Positions 13,281 to 26,300 of a stretch of DNA of 64,000 nucleotides are shown piece by piece. The stretch's first letter is position 1, and each line of letters starts with the position of its first letter. Below the pieces are notes generated by a model. The model made no database searches and had not been told where the DNA came from. It saw only the letters and a program-made list of their open reading frames with translations. This DNA is from Octopus sinensis (lineage: Eukaryota). Location of the stretch: contig NC_043000.1 in assembly GCF_006345805.1 (NCBI RefSeq), positions 23,622,001 through 23,686,000 of the forward strand, written 5' to 3'. A program made the translations under genes and the position numbers.

Positions 13281-15376
13281 ATATATATATATATATACAC
13301 GACGGGCTTCTTTCAGTTTCCATCTACCAAATCCACTCACAAGGCTATGGTCAGCCTGAGGCTACAGTAGAAGGCACTTGCCCAAGGTGCCATGCAGTGG
13401 GATTGAACCTGGAACCATGTGGTCCATAAGCAAGCTACTTACCACACAGCCACTCCTATGCCTTTACCCTTTTATTATCTTCTGAAATACGCTGCTTTTA
13501 TTTAAATGAAATTTGAAAAGACTGAAGAGTTTATCAAAAATTTCTTTGTCATTATTAAGCTGGTGTTTGGAACAGTTAACATGAAACTTTGATGAAAGGT
13601 TTTAATTCAGATTTTTTTTAATCATAGAACCAGAAGTAGTTTTGGGTGGGCTGGTATCAAAATATATTTCTTTACTACCCACAAGGGGCTAAACACAGAG
13701 GGGACAAACAAGGACAGACAAACAGATTAAGTCGATTACATCGATCCCAGTACTTAATTTATTGATCCCGAAAGGATGAAAGGTAAAGTCGACCTCGGTG
13801 GAATTTGAACTTGGAACGTAACGACAGACGAAATGCGGCTACGCATTTCGCCTGGCGTGCTAACGTTTCTCAAAATAGTTAATATATTTCAAAGAAATAT
13901 ATGCAAAGCATTACATTAAATTCATCCCTGGGGCAACTTTATCCAATTTCAATAGAATCAGCATATATATCTGCTCTATTAGAACTGGTAACAATTCTTT
14001 TTCCTTGTGTGATAGCCTTAATGTAATAATGTATCACATACACAGTTGTAATAGTGAGAAACAGATATCTTTTTCTTTATAACGTTATCTTCATAATCTG
14101 ATGTGTTGATAACGTTTATTATAATCCATTGGTAGCATATATTTTCCTTAATGATTGCTACTCATTTTACAAAGATCCAAGACTTCCCAGATTCATTCTA
14201 TCAACGTAAGTACAAGCTTATTGAAAATTGCTAATCCCCACCCCCACCTCCCCTTCTTTTACTGAGAATACATCTAATATGTTGTACTATTTAAAGATTT
14301 TTGCCTTGTTTCTTTGAAGCTTCTTACCTTTTTTTCTTTTTTTTTTCTTTTCTTTTCTCATCTTTTTTTCTTTTTACTCCAGTCTGTTGTGTAATTAGTT
14401 GGAATGCATTCACTGAAAGCAGCAGAATGTTCTCTGAAATGCTAGATAGTTTTCAATCAACTTTTCACTTAACCCTTGAAGTCTGTACCTATTTCATGTT
14501 ATTAAAAAGCAATCTGTGTGTTTGCATGTATATAATATATGCATGCATATGTATGAATGTATGTATATTTGTTTGTGCGTGTATGTTTATGTATGCATGT
14601 GTATGTATTTGTGCATATGTATATGTGTGTTTGTTATAGTTCCTTTGTAAATAACTAAGCAAGAGAAAGCAAAGAATATAAACACACTATATCTTTTTCA
14701 CCATCCTTACCCTGATCTCTCTCTCCTCTATTAGTTCCTCTTTCTTTGTAGCTGTCTGTAAGTTCTTCAGCTTGCTAGACTGCTGGCATGTGTTAGGGAG
14801 TGGTGAGAAGTCTCTCTGTTGGTCAGGGAATGTTTGTGTGTGTGTCAGTCAGTCACATTTTGGGAAGATGCAACTAATAAAACTGAGGAAACACATAGCA
14901 GATAATTAGCTAACCCTCTCTTCTTAATGGTAATTTCATGGGCAGCATTTTCTCTTTACTCAAAAAAAAAAAAAAAAAAAAAAGAGGGTTGGTTCTTTAT
15001 AGCCACACCATGTATTTCTAAACTTTCATTAGTAATTCTTGCCAACTTTCATTACTTATTCTTGCCAACCTGAATATAGCAAAGTTCATCAAAGACTTTT
15101 TTAAAAAATAATATGCGTTGTCTTGGCATTTCTTTATTTGCATACTCAAGGAAAATTATTATTACCTGGGTTAATTTCTGTTATATCTTTCACCTTTTAT
15201 TTGTTTCAGTCATTAGGCTGTAGCGATGCTGGGGCACCATTTGGAAGAATTTCAGTCAAGCCCCTGCAGTTATATTCTTAAAACCTGGTACTTGTTCTAT
15301 TGGTCTCTTTTGCTAAGTTACAAGGACATAAACACACCAACATCGGTTGTCAAGCGGTGACGGGGGACAAGCGACA

Positions 15377-15412
<36 letters not shown>

Positions 15413-15958
15413 TATACGATGGGCTTCTTTCAGTTTCTGTCTACCAGATACTGGTGTCATGCAAATGGCACTGGTGCCGATGGCATGTAAAATCACCCAT
15501 TACACTCTCAGAGTGGCTAGTGTTAGGAAGGGCATCCAGCCATAGAAACCATGCCAAATCAGACTGGAGTCTGGTGCAGCCTTCCAGCTTACCAGCACTG
15601 GTCAAACTCTCCAACCCATGCCAGCATGGACAACGGACATTAAATGATGATGATGGTAAAATCCAGTCAAAAGGCTTTGGTCAGCCCAAGGTGCCACACA
15701 GTAGGACTGAAACCAGAACCATGTGGTTGAGAAGCAAATTTCTTATCACACAGCTGCTCTGCTACCTATATGGTTTAACTATTTTTTTTATTTATTATTT
15801 AGCTTTATTAAAACTTTAAAAAAAACATTTTCTTTCTTAATTGTTTTTTTAAAAATATTTTTAAGAATGAAAATATTAAAGTTTGAAATATAAAAAAGCA
15901 AAAAAAGAAAACTAAAAATAGAGATGAAGAGATAATTATAGAAACTCAGCTTCTTTAA

Positions 15959-15994
<36 letters not shown>

Positions 15995-16659
15995 GTGAGT
16001 GTGTGTGTGTATAATCAAAAGCATTCCAGCTGTGACCATCCCAACTTTTTCCTTAGGATATCTAGGATTACATTTTGCAGTATGTCTTTACATTTTTTCA
16101 ACAAGAAGGTGTGATTTAGGAGAGATTTAGCTGTTATTTCTAACAGATTGAGCATAGAGGCTTCCTCATTTGCTGGGATTGTTTCATTTCTATGTAGAGA
16201 TGAAATCTTTACATTTTTGTGATCATTTTCTGTTAGCAGGCTCATTGTATAACAGCAAGAAAGTAGCTCGCAAGAAATACCTAGCTTAATTATTAGATAA
16301 TTAAATTGTGTAATTAATTTGTTTTTCGTTAAGATTATTATCTTAGTAGCTGTAGAAATTGATTTCTTTCTCCAACTTGGAAGCTCAAAGAAATTAGAAT
16401 TTTCTTTATCATATCTCTATGCATGAATATATTTTCTTTGATTTCATTTAGAGAAAAAAAATTTCATTTTTTTCTTATATTTTTAGACTCCAAACAATAA
16501 ATTTTAAAATTTACAAAATTGCTAGAATTACCCCAACTTCATTTTTTCTATCTATCTGTCTGTCTGTCTGTATCTATCTATCTATCTATCTATCTATATC
16601 TTTCTATCTACATTTGTCTATCTATTATATCTGTCTATCTATATCTATCTATCTATCTA

Positions 16660-16705
<46 letters not shown>

Positions 16706-16728
16706 TACATATACACAAATGTATATAT

Positions 16729-16759
<31 letters not shown>

Positions 16760-17151
16760 CTAACCCCTCTCTCTCCCCCTCTATCTTTTTGTCTTTCTCT
16801 TTCCTTTTCTTCCTTCACCCTATTTTTCTTAGTAGCTCTCAGCTCATTCCTAAATATTTCTTCTAACACATCCCTCCCCACCGCCTTCTCCTTCTCTCAT
16901 TGCCAGTAAATATCATCCCTTTACTAACTTCTTCGTTATTAGTTGTGCATTGGTCCAGAACTAATTTTGTGTACGGCTGTTCTCGTTCTCTTCCTTTCTC
17001 AACAGATAACACACTCACACTCTTCTATATTTCCTTTTTTTTGTCTACTTGTTTCTTCTTAAGTAAGCAACCTTAGCCTTTCTCTGTATGTTTCCCTCCT
17101 TCCACAAGTTTTTTCAATACATTCTCTCATATGTGTATGCCTGTGTGTTGA

Positions 17152-17191
<40 letters not shown>

Positions 17192-17307
17192 ATGCACGCT
17201 TACATACATATGTATATGTGTGTATCTATGTATAAATATGTATGTATGTGTGAGTATGTATAAAACCAATATGATTTGTAGCAGGTATATTCTTCCAACC
17301 TAATATG

Positions 17308-17390
<83 letters not shown>

Positions 17391-20300
17391 AGAGAGAGAG
17401 AGAGAGATACATATATATATGAAGAAGGGGAATATTCCTTGTGTTGTATGTCTTGTACTCTGTTTTTTTGTTGTTTGAAAAAAGTCTGTTTCCATGTTTT
17501 TGTTTTTATGTTTTCATTTCTCATTGTATTATACATTTTTTTGGTGTCCTGTACCCATATATGCATGTATATATACATATAGATGTAGGTATGTACATAT
17601 ATGTATGTTTTATTTATTATTCTGTTGTTATATGTGTATATATATATATGATCTTTATTTAATACACATATTCTTTACAGAATTTCATGTTGTGGTCTGT
17701 GGCCTGGATTCAATTGTTGCTCGGCGATGGATGAACAGAATGTTGGTGAGTTGCTGAACCTTTGTGCAATCATCATTATTATTATTTTTCTCCGTATTTT
17801 GAATAACCAACCAGCATATGACTGTTTTGCTTCCTCCTTAGAATTTTCGAGATAGTCACGTATAATACAAAGAATAAAGTTCAAGAATACCAACACTAGT
17901 TTATTTAGCCTCCAGATAGGATCAAGCAGACATATGATCAAAGATATTCCAATTATGACCATCCATCCTTTTCATGCATGGAAGACTACATTATCCTCTG
18001 TGTGCTTCCTTTATTTAAGACAAGAGGTTATGATTTGTTGGAAATTTGGCTGCTATTTGTAGCATGTTAAGGTACTCTGTAATGGTTCTCTCATTGGTTT
18101 GACAATATCAACTTTGTTGTAAGGCAGCGAGCTGGCAGGGTCGTTAGCATGCTGGACAAAATGCTTAGCGGTATTTCGCCCGTCGCTATGTTCTGAGTTC
18201 GAATTCCGCTGAGGTCAGCTTTGCCTTTCATCCTTTCGGGGTTGATAAATTAAGTACCAATTGCGTACTGGGGTCAATCTAATCAACTGGCTCCCTCCCC
18301 AAAAATTTCAGGCCTTGTGCTAGGAATAGAAAAGTAAAGGCAGCGAGCTGGCAGAGACGTTAGCACGCTGGGCAAAATGCATTGCGGTGTTTCGTCTGTC
18401 TTTACGTTCTGAGTTCAAATTTCGCCAAGGTCGACATTGCCTTTCATCCTTTCGGGGTCAATAAACTAAGTACCAGTTGCGTACTGGGGTCGATCTAATT
18501 GACAGGCCCCTCCCCCAAAATTTTGGGCCTTGTGCCTAGAGGAGAAAAGAATATCAACTTTGTTGTAACAAACTATTAATGGTGTTTGACATATTTTGAT
18601 GTTTTCTGAGCTGTAGATTTCTTAAGATGTCCCATCTTCAAAGCACGAGATATTCATTTAATATCATTAAATGGCCATCACTCCCAACAAGGTCAGCAGT
18701 TATTCTTCAGTTTCACCTCTTTCTTTATTACTAACTTTTTATGTCTCAGATCATCATTGGCTAGTCCTTGCTTCCGAGCTTTTCTTTCTTCAGTGTGGTT
18801 CAATGAGAAAAGATCAATGACAAAAAGCTAGTAACATGTAGGGTGGACCCTGACTGGCCAGGAAGTGACCCATGCTCCATGATCTCAAATATGTCCTCTA
18901 CAGCACATGTAAAATGTGACATGCAGGATCAAGTGACAAAACTGCACCAGACTGCTGTCAGTCCAGGTATTGCTTGACCAGCATCTTCTTAGCCCATTTA
19001 TCTGGCATTGTTCTCTTCCATAAGTTTAGCTGTTGAGATCAGAAGTCTTCATCCACTTGTTTTGCAGTTGGGGGAGTTTGTCTACTTTTTCAAGTTATGC
19101 CCCCCTCTGGTTCTACAAGTTCTCCTCATGAAGGTTTCAGCTGGAACAGTCTTAACCATTTAGCATTTAATCCGGCCATATCCGGCCCAAATATTCTTCC
19201 TGTTTTAAGTTAAAATTAACCAGATCCAACTTCTCACACCTACCCTACAATGTCATTCTAAAAATATACAAACGCAGCGAGTTGGCAGAAACATTAAAGC
19301 GCCGGGCGAAACGCTTGGCGGTATTTCGTCTGTCTTTACGTTCTGAGTTCAAATTCCACCAAGGTTGACTTTACCTTTCATGTATTTTATTTTTTTAATC
19401 AAGTATTTAATAAACTTATTTTTGACAGCGGTGCATCAGCATGGCTGCAGCTCTGAGCTGAAACTAGAGAGAGGGAGAGACACCATTGAAATCTTGGAGC
19501 TACAAGATGATGTGTGATTAATTCAAAACAATGTGAATAAATACATGATACATCTGACAAGTAATTCTGAATGCTAAAGGGTTAATACTAAATTAGACAT
19601 TTAAGTCTTTTCCTGAACTTGACTGATGGGAGTGTGTGGACCAGTGTCTGAGAAGAGAAGAGACTATATATTGTGTCACTCTTGAGAAGATCATTCCCTC
19701 TACACAGCATTTAAGCCTTCGCTCAGATTAATTATTATATATGTAGACACAGGCATGGGTGTATGGTTGAGGAGTTTGCTTTGCAATCAAATGGGTTTAA
19801 GTTTAGTCCTACTATATGGCACCTAGGCACATGTCTACCACTATAACCCTGTACTAACCTAGATCTTGTGAATGGATTTGGTAGACAGAAACTGAAAGGA
19901 GCCTATTGTGTGTGAGTGTGTGTGTGTGTGTTTTTTTTCTGTGTGATGGTTGTAAATGAGCATCACTGTCATACAAGTGGTGCTGTTTGTTTCTAATCTT
20001 TCATGGAAATATGTCCATCTGTGGTGGGGTGGAGGATGGAATTATCTTGCTTGGAAATAGGTGAGCATTGGTAGAAGGAAGGGCAAGGGCTGTAGAATAG
20101 ATGTTAAAAAAAGAAACTATTCAAGTACCTGTGATTCAAAAATATCTCATAAAAATATAGGGAGAATTTCTATCTTTCAAGTCCACGGTACTCCAAAAGT
20201 TGTATAAATGATTAAAGGGAAGAAAAAAGGATGGATGGCAGTAGCTTCGTCGATTCCTTGAAGTGTTGACATTTTCAACTTGATATTTATTTTCTTAAAG

Positions 20301-23300
20301 GGGAAAATGACTATTTTATTTGTAATCTTTATCATCTTAATCAAATGGCAAGAAAACAAACTTTGAGTTTTAGTTTAAATAAATGTCATCATCATTATTG
20401 TTTAATGTCTGCTTTCCATGCTGGCATGGGTTGGACGATTTGACTGAGGATTGGTGAACCAGATGGCTGCACCAGGCTCCAATCTGATCTAGCAGAGTTT
20501 CTACAGCTGGATGCCCTTCCTAACACCAACCACTCCGAGAGTGTAGTGGGTGCTTTTACATGCCACCATAATGTATGTTTATGTGTAACTTTGTCTTGAC
20601 ACCATAATTGTTGTAAACAAGCATCACCATCAGACAGGTGATGCTGTTCACTTCTACTTTTCTTTGAAAATACGTCTGGCTACAGTAAATTTCACTTTTG
20701 TTGGGAGTAGGTGAAGGTCAATGACAGGAAGGGCATCTGGCCATAGAAAATCTGCCTTAACAAATTATATCTGACCCATTGAAGCTCAGAAAAGTGGATG
20801 TTAAATGACGATGTGGGATTTGTGTATGTTTTATTACAAGAAGTTTTCCACCATAATTTTTCCAGAAGCTAGATACAAGAATTAAATCTTTATTGCTTAC
20901 ATATTCAGATAGTAACATTTAGTACATTTTCTTCATCTTAGTTTTCACTATAAATAACAAGTCAAAGTATAAGGTAAAATCATAAATTTAGGTGTGAAAA
21001 TAGAAATAAGAAAATGCATTATGTGGCTATTAATTGTAAACTAAGACCCTGAGACTAAATTTGATCATACATTTTACAGAAAAATGAAGGTGAATTTTTT
21101 GCTCACCAAAGAAAGAATGCGTGTTAAAGATACTCCAGCATGGCCAAAACAGTAAGGTCAAGAGACCTAGGAAGTAAAGATATTAATATAATATAAACAG
21201 TATCTTCATATGATATAAACAACTTACATAGTTGAGAAAAATCTTCAACAACCACTAATGGCTTTCCGATTCCAAAGAAGAAAGTATCACTCTGATAATA
21301 GTTACTTTGCTTCTGCTAGTTTTTCTTGTTTCCTTCAGATTAAATGATCCACTCTTTTTCACTCTTTAGCAGAAGTAATTATCCAGCAACCCAGCTCTGT
21401 CTTGACTTCAGATGAAATGGGAGCTAGTCTGTTATGTCTAGAAATAATTTATTAGAGCTAAATTTTTAGGCCTACCTCCTCTTTACTCACTTTAGTTTGA
21501 TTATATTTGTATTTAACATTTGATAGCTTAAAGTAGGATGAAACGAAATATATAAAGTTTGTCTGTTGCAAACGTAGGTTACAGAGTGCTAATTGAAATG
21601 TGACACAATGCTGTTGCTACTTTGCAAGACTCATATTTAATCCAAATGATTCATAAAACTTAAGAAAACCATAAACATTTCAAAATGAAGTCTCTGTATC
21701 ATCATCATCATCATCATCATCATCATTCAAACGTCTACTTTTCCTTACTTGCATGGGTCTGTAAGAGTTTATTGAGGCAGATTTTGTACTGCCGGTTGCC
21801 CCCCCCCCCCCTTGCTGCCAACACTCAACTGTTTCCAAGCAAGGTGACATCTCCCCCTGGCCAGACAAATTTTTGCGGAATATTGGAAATTAATAATAAT
21901 CATTTACAACCATTGCATTTGTCAAGACAAGAACACACACACACACTTCTTACAGTTTCTATATACCAGATCCATTCACAAATCTTTGGTCAGCCGAGGA
22001 CTATAATAGCAGATACTTGTGCAGTGGAACTGAACCCAAAGCCATGTGGTTGGGAAGCAGACTTCTTCACCACACAGTCATACCTGTGTCTATTATATCT
22101 CCTGAAATATGCCTAAAGTCACTTTTTATCATTTACTGTTAGCAACCTTCAGAAGATCACTCCACTGAGGGTAAATGGTTATAGAAGCAATCATATTGCT
22201 TCGAAGGTGGCGAGCTGGCAGAAGCGTTAGTACCCCGGGCAAAATGCTTAGCGGTATTTCGTCTGCGTTACATTCTGAGTTCAAATTCTGCCACGGTCGA
22301 CTTTGCCTTTCATCCTTTCGGTTTCGATAAATTAAGTACCAGTTACACACTGGGGTTGATGTAATCGACTTAATCTGTTTGTCTGTCCTTGTTTGTCCCC
22401 TCTGTGTATAGCCCCTTGTGGGTAGTAAAGAAATAGGTATTTCGTCTGCCGTTATGTTCTGAGTTCAAATTCCGCTGAGGCCGACTTTGTCTTTCATCTT
22501 TTCGGGGTCGATAAATTAAGCACCAGTTACCCACTGGGGTTGATGTAATCGACTTAATCCCTTTGTCTGTCCTTGTTTGTCTCCTCTATGTTTAGCCCCT
22601 TGTGGACAATAAAGAAATAAGAAGCAACCATATTGTGATTTGACATAATAAAGTACAGCTTGAAAGAATAGCAAGGCTCTGAACTAATTAAGAAGCTTAA
22701 TTTTCCAATTTGTAATTGCCTATGCTATTTTGTCATTGACAATTACTATATATGGCAGGATGAAATGATATATATAGTTTTGAATTTATTACCAGTTCAT
22801 TCTGAAGAGCTCATTAACTCGTAATATATCGCAAATATGTGTGTATATAACTTTGATTTCTCCCTTGAGATTATCTTAAGGATTTAGAGTTATCAAGTTC
22901 TGTTATTATTAACAAATCAATCTGTATTGCAGTTTTATAAATATTATTATTAACGTTTTAGTTTTAATTACAAAAATGTAATGGGATATTTTTAAAAACA
23001 TTAAATGTCTATGAAGGTCCACCCAAGTAAAATATGAACAAAGGGGTCCATAGGTAAAAGAATGGTTGAGAACCAGTCATCTAAATCTATATCGTTTTAT
23101 CCTTCTGTGTGTTTTGTGTGTGTGTGTGTGTATATATATATATAGGTGCGGAAGTGGCTGTGTGGTTAAGAAGCTTCCTTCCCAACCTCAAGGCTTCAGG
23201 TTCAGTCCCACTGTATGACAACTCGGGCAAATATAGTCTCTTACAGCCCCAGGCTGACCTAATCAAAGCCTAGTGGCTTTGCGTATGGATTTAGTGGACA

Positions 23301-26300
23301 GAAACTGAAAGAAGCCCATTGCGTGTATGTATGTGTTGCATGTGTATTTGTGTCTTTCTCTTCACATCATGTGATAGTTATATGACTGTCACTGACAGTA
23401 ACAATCATGTACGACTATCATGTGATGCCACAAAAAAGAGATACAAATACACATACACATCCTCACTCTTACACATACACACCCTCACTCTTACACATAT
23501 ACACATATATCATTACACACACACACATATACAATGGTTCTCTTCAGTTGCTATCTACCAAATCCACTCATAAGGTGTTGGTCAGCCCATGGCTTTAGTA
23601 GAACACATTTGCTTTAGTAGAATATGTTTGAGTGTTGGGCTTCATGGAGGCAAAGTGGCCGAGTTCCTTTCGAGTGTTGGGCCTCACGGAGACAATGACC
23701 AGGGTTTTTGGCATTATGTTGTGCTTGAGAAGAAAACCCATCAAGCTGAGCAAAATTGCAGTTGTAGCAGATGCCAGTGTCATGCAAATTGGCACCCGTA
23801 CTGGTGGCACATAAAAGCACCCCAGTGTCATGCAAATGGCACCCATGTTGGTGGTACGTAAAAGCATCCATTACACTCAGAGTGGTTGGCATTAGGAAGG
23901 GCATTCAGCCATAGAAAACTATGCCAAACCAGACTGGCGTCTGGTGCAGCCTTCTAGCATGCCAGCCTGGTCAAACCATCCAACCCATGCCTGCATGGAC
24001 AACAGACATTAAATGATGATGATGAGGATGATGATTTGCTCAAGGTTCCACTCTCTGGGACTGAACCTCAGACCATATGGATGGGAAGCAAAATACTTAA
24101 CCACTTAATCTTTTAATTATTGTGTGTTTTATTATACTTTTAAAATATTTATTATGTGTTTTCCTTACAAATTTTTAACTAATCCCATTATCATCATCAT
24201 CATCATCGTTTAACATCCACTTTCCATGCTAGCATAGGTTGGACGATTTTGACTGAGGCCTGGCAAACCAGATGGCCGCACCAGGCTCCAATCTTGATCT
24301 GGCAGAGTTTCTACAGCTGGATGCCCTACACAATATCTTTCTCCCCTCATCTCATCTTTTTAAAACATGTTTTACCCTCACATATCTTTCTAAGCTCCCT
24401 GTTTAATGTTCTTTGCATTTAATTGTATCTTTTTTGAGCCCTTGTGGCTAATAAAGGCAAGATCGAGCTGGCAGAATCCTTAGAGCGTCAGAGAAAGTGC
24501 TTTACAGTGTTTCTTTTATCTCTTTACATTCTGATTTCAAATTCTGTTGAGGTCAGTCCTGAGGAGATTGACCAGATCAGGTACCAGTTAGAACCGGGGA
24601 TCAGTGGTATTGACTAACTTCTTCCCCTCAAAACTTGTGCTCATACTAGAAACTGCTACTACTGTTACTGCTGCTGCTGTTGTTGTTGTTGTTGATGTTA
24701 AGCAACAAGACGGGTAAGGGTGATTAGGTGATGGTCTAGGGCTTAGGGGCGGGAGACCCCAGACCTTGGAAAAAAATTTTAAAACTTTGGTCATCTTGTT
24801 GTAGTCGAGGACTTGTCGTTGATGCCCAACACCACTGGGAGGTGGCCCTCGAAGTCGCTGGAAATGGAGATCTCCAGGTCCAAATTCTTGGACGGCTACT
24901 GCTGCTGCTGATACGACTACTACTTGTAGTAGTAGGAGGAGAGTGGCAGATGGACAAAATTATTAACATGTCTGAACAAATGCTGCAAGGCATTTAATCT
25001 TTACATTCTGAGTTCAAATTCTACCAAGGTCAACCTGGCCTTCCATATTTTCAGGTTCAAATAAGAAAATGAAGTAACAGTCAAATGCTGGGGGTCAGTT
25101 GCATCAACTAAACCCGTCCCCTAAAGTCATTTGTCTGTAATGAGGATAGTGGAATGCAGAATTGGTTGAATACTTGGCTAAATGCATTGTGCTACATACT
25201 TTCATATAATGAATTCAAATCCCTGTGGAATTGAATTTGCCTTTAAATCTCTCTAGTGTTAGTAAAAAGTACTCAGGTTAATTAAATCACTGCTTCTTTT
25301 CGCCCAAAATATATGGAATTAAGCCAAAGGCACAAATCTTTACTCATAAGTTAATTACATTGACAAAAGACTTATTCATTTCTCTCAAGAATTTTTCTAA
25401 TTCCAACTGAAGCTTGCATAAGTAAAAATGGAGAATTTCTTTTTCTGCAAAACTTATCACCCCTCCTTGGTCACCTGAGCTAATGTACATGCCTTAAACT
25501 ATTGCGTTTTCTCTACACATACACTCCTGTCACCCTCTCTTAAGCACTCACGTCTGGCCTTTCTGCTGTCGTTGCTTCCTCTCCTACCCCCACCTACTTA
25601 AAGCTGCCAAAGCATGAAGAGCTGAAGAACTTTCAGATTAACCCCCACCTGTAAAATACAGGCAAAAGGCTGTCCGGATCTTTACCTTTTGACTGACAGA
25701 TTTAAAAAATAATTTTTTGTAACTAAACACTTCCAAACTTCGGACACTGGTAGAATGTGTCATATAAAACATCTTTTACTCTTAGCATTTTTGAGAAATA
25801 CTTATATTTACGAAGTAATTTCACGTTAAATTACCGAAATAGGACTACTTTAACGTGAAATTACTTCGTAAATATAAGTTTTTCTCAAAAATGCTAAGGG
25901 TAAAAGATGTTTTAGATGACACATTCAACCAGTGTCCGAAGTTTGAAAGTGTTTTGTTGCAAAAATTTATTTTTTAAATCTGTAGTTCAAAAGGTAAAGA
26001 TCCAGCTGCCCTGTTTGATGAAGATGCCACCTCCTGTAAACAGAATGGGATTGCAAGGGCAGAACGAAAATCTGAACTGTGCAAGTTCAGAGCCAACGCC
26101 ACTTTATTCTCAACAGACCACCAGTACCCAACCTGCGACAGAACCTTCCAAGCATGCATCAGACTGATCGGCCACAGCTGGACACACTATACGCCACCCT
26201 TTTCTCTCATGAGATATTCTTGGTCATCATCAACAATGACAAACAAACTAGTACTAATTCCCCTTCTTTACATTACTGAGTGCTCTAGTGTCGCTGTCAC

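Larger units (their letters stand above)
10770..14161 (+). other. U12-type (minor spliceosome) AT-AC intron, 3392 nt
   Basis: 5' end ATATCCTTT at 10770; branch site TTTTCCTTAAT at 14142-14152; terminal AC at 14160-14161. This junction restores the frame VKP|HFTKIQDF. Confidence 0.93.

Noticed and set aside
16519-17662. Many ORFs rich in YI, CV and ER repeats
   Set aside because: Translations of dinucleotide microsatellites.
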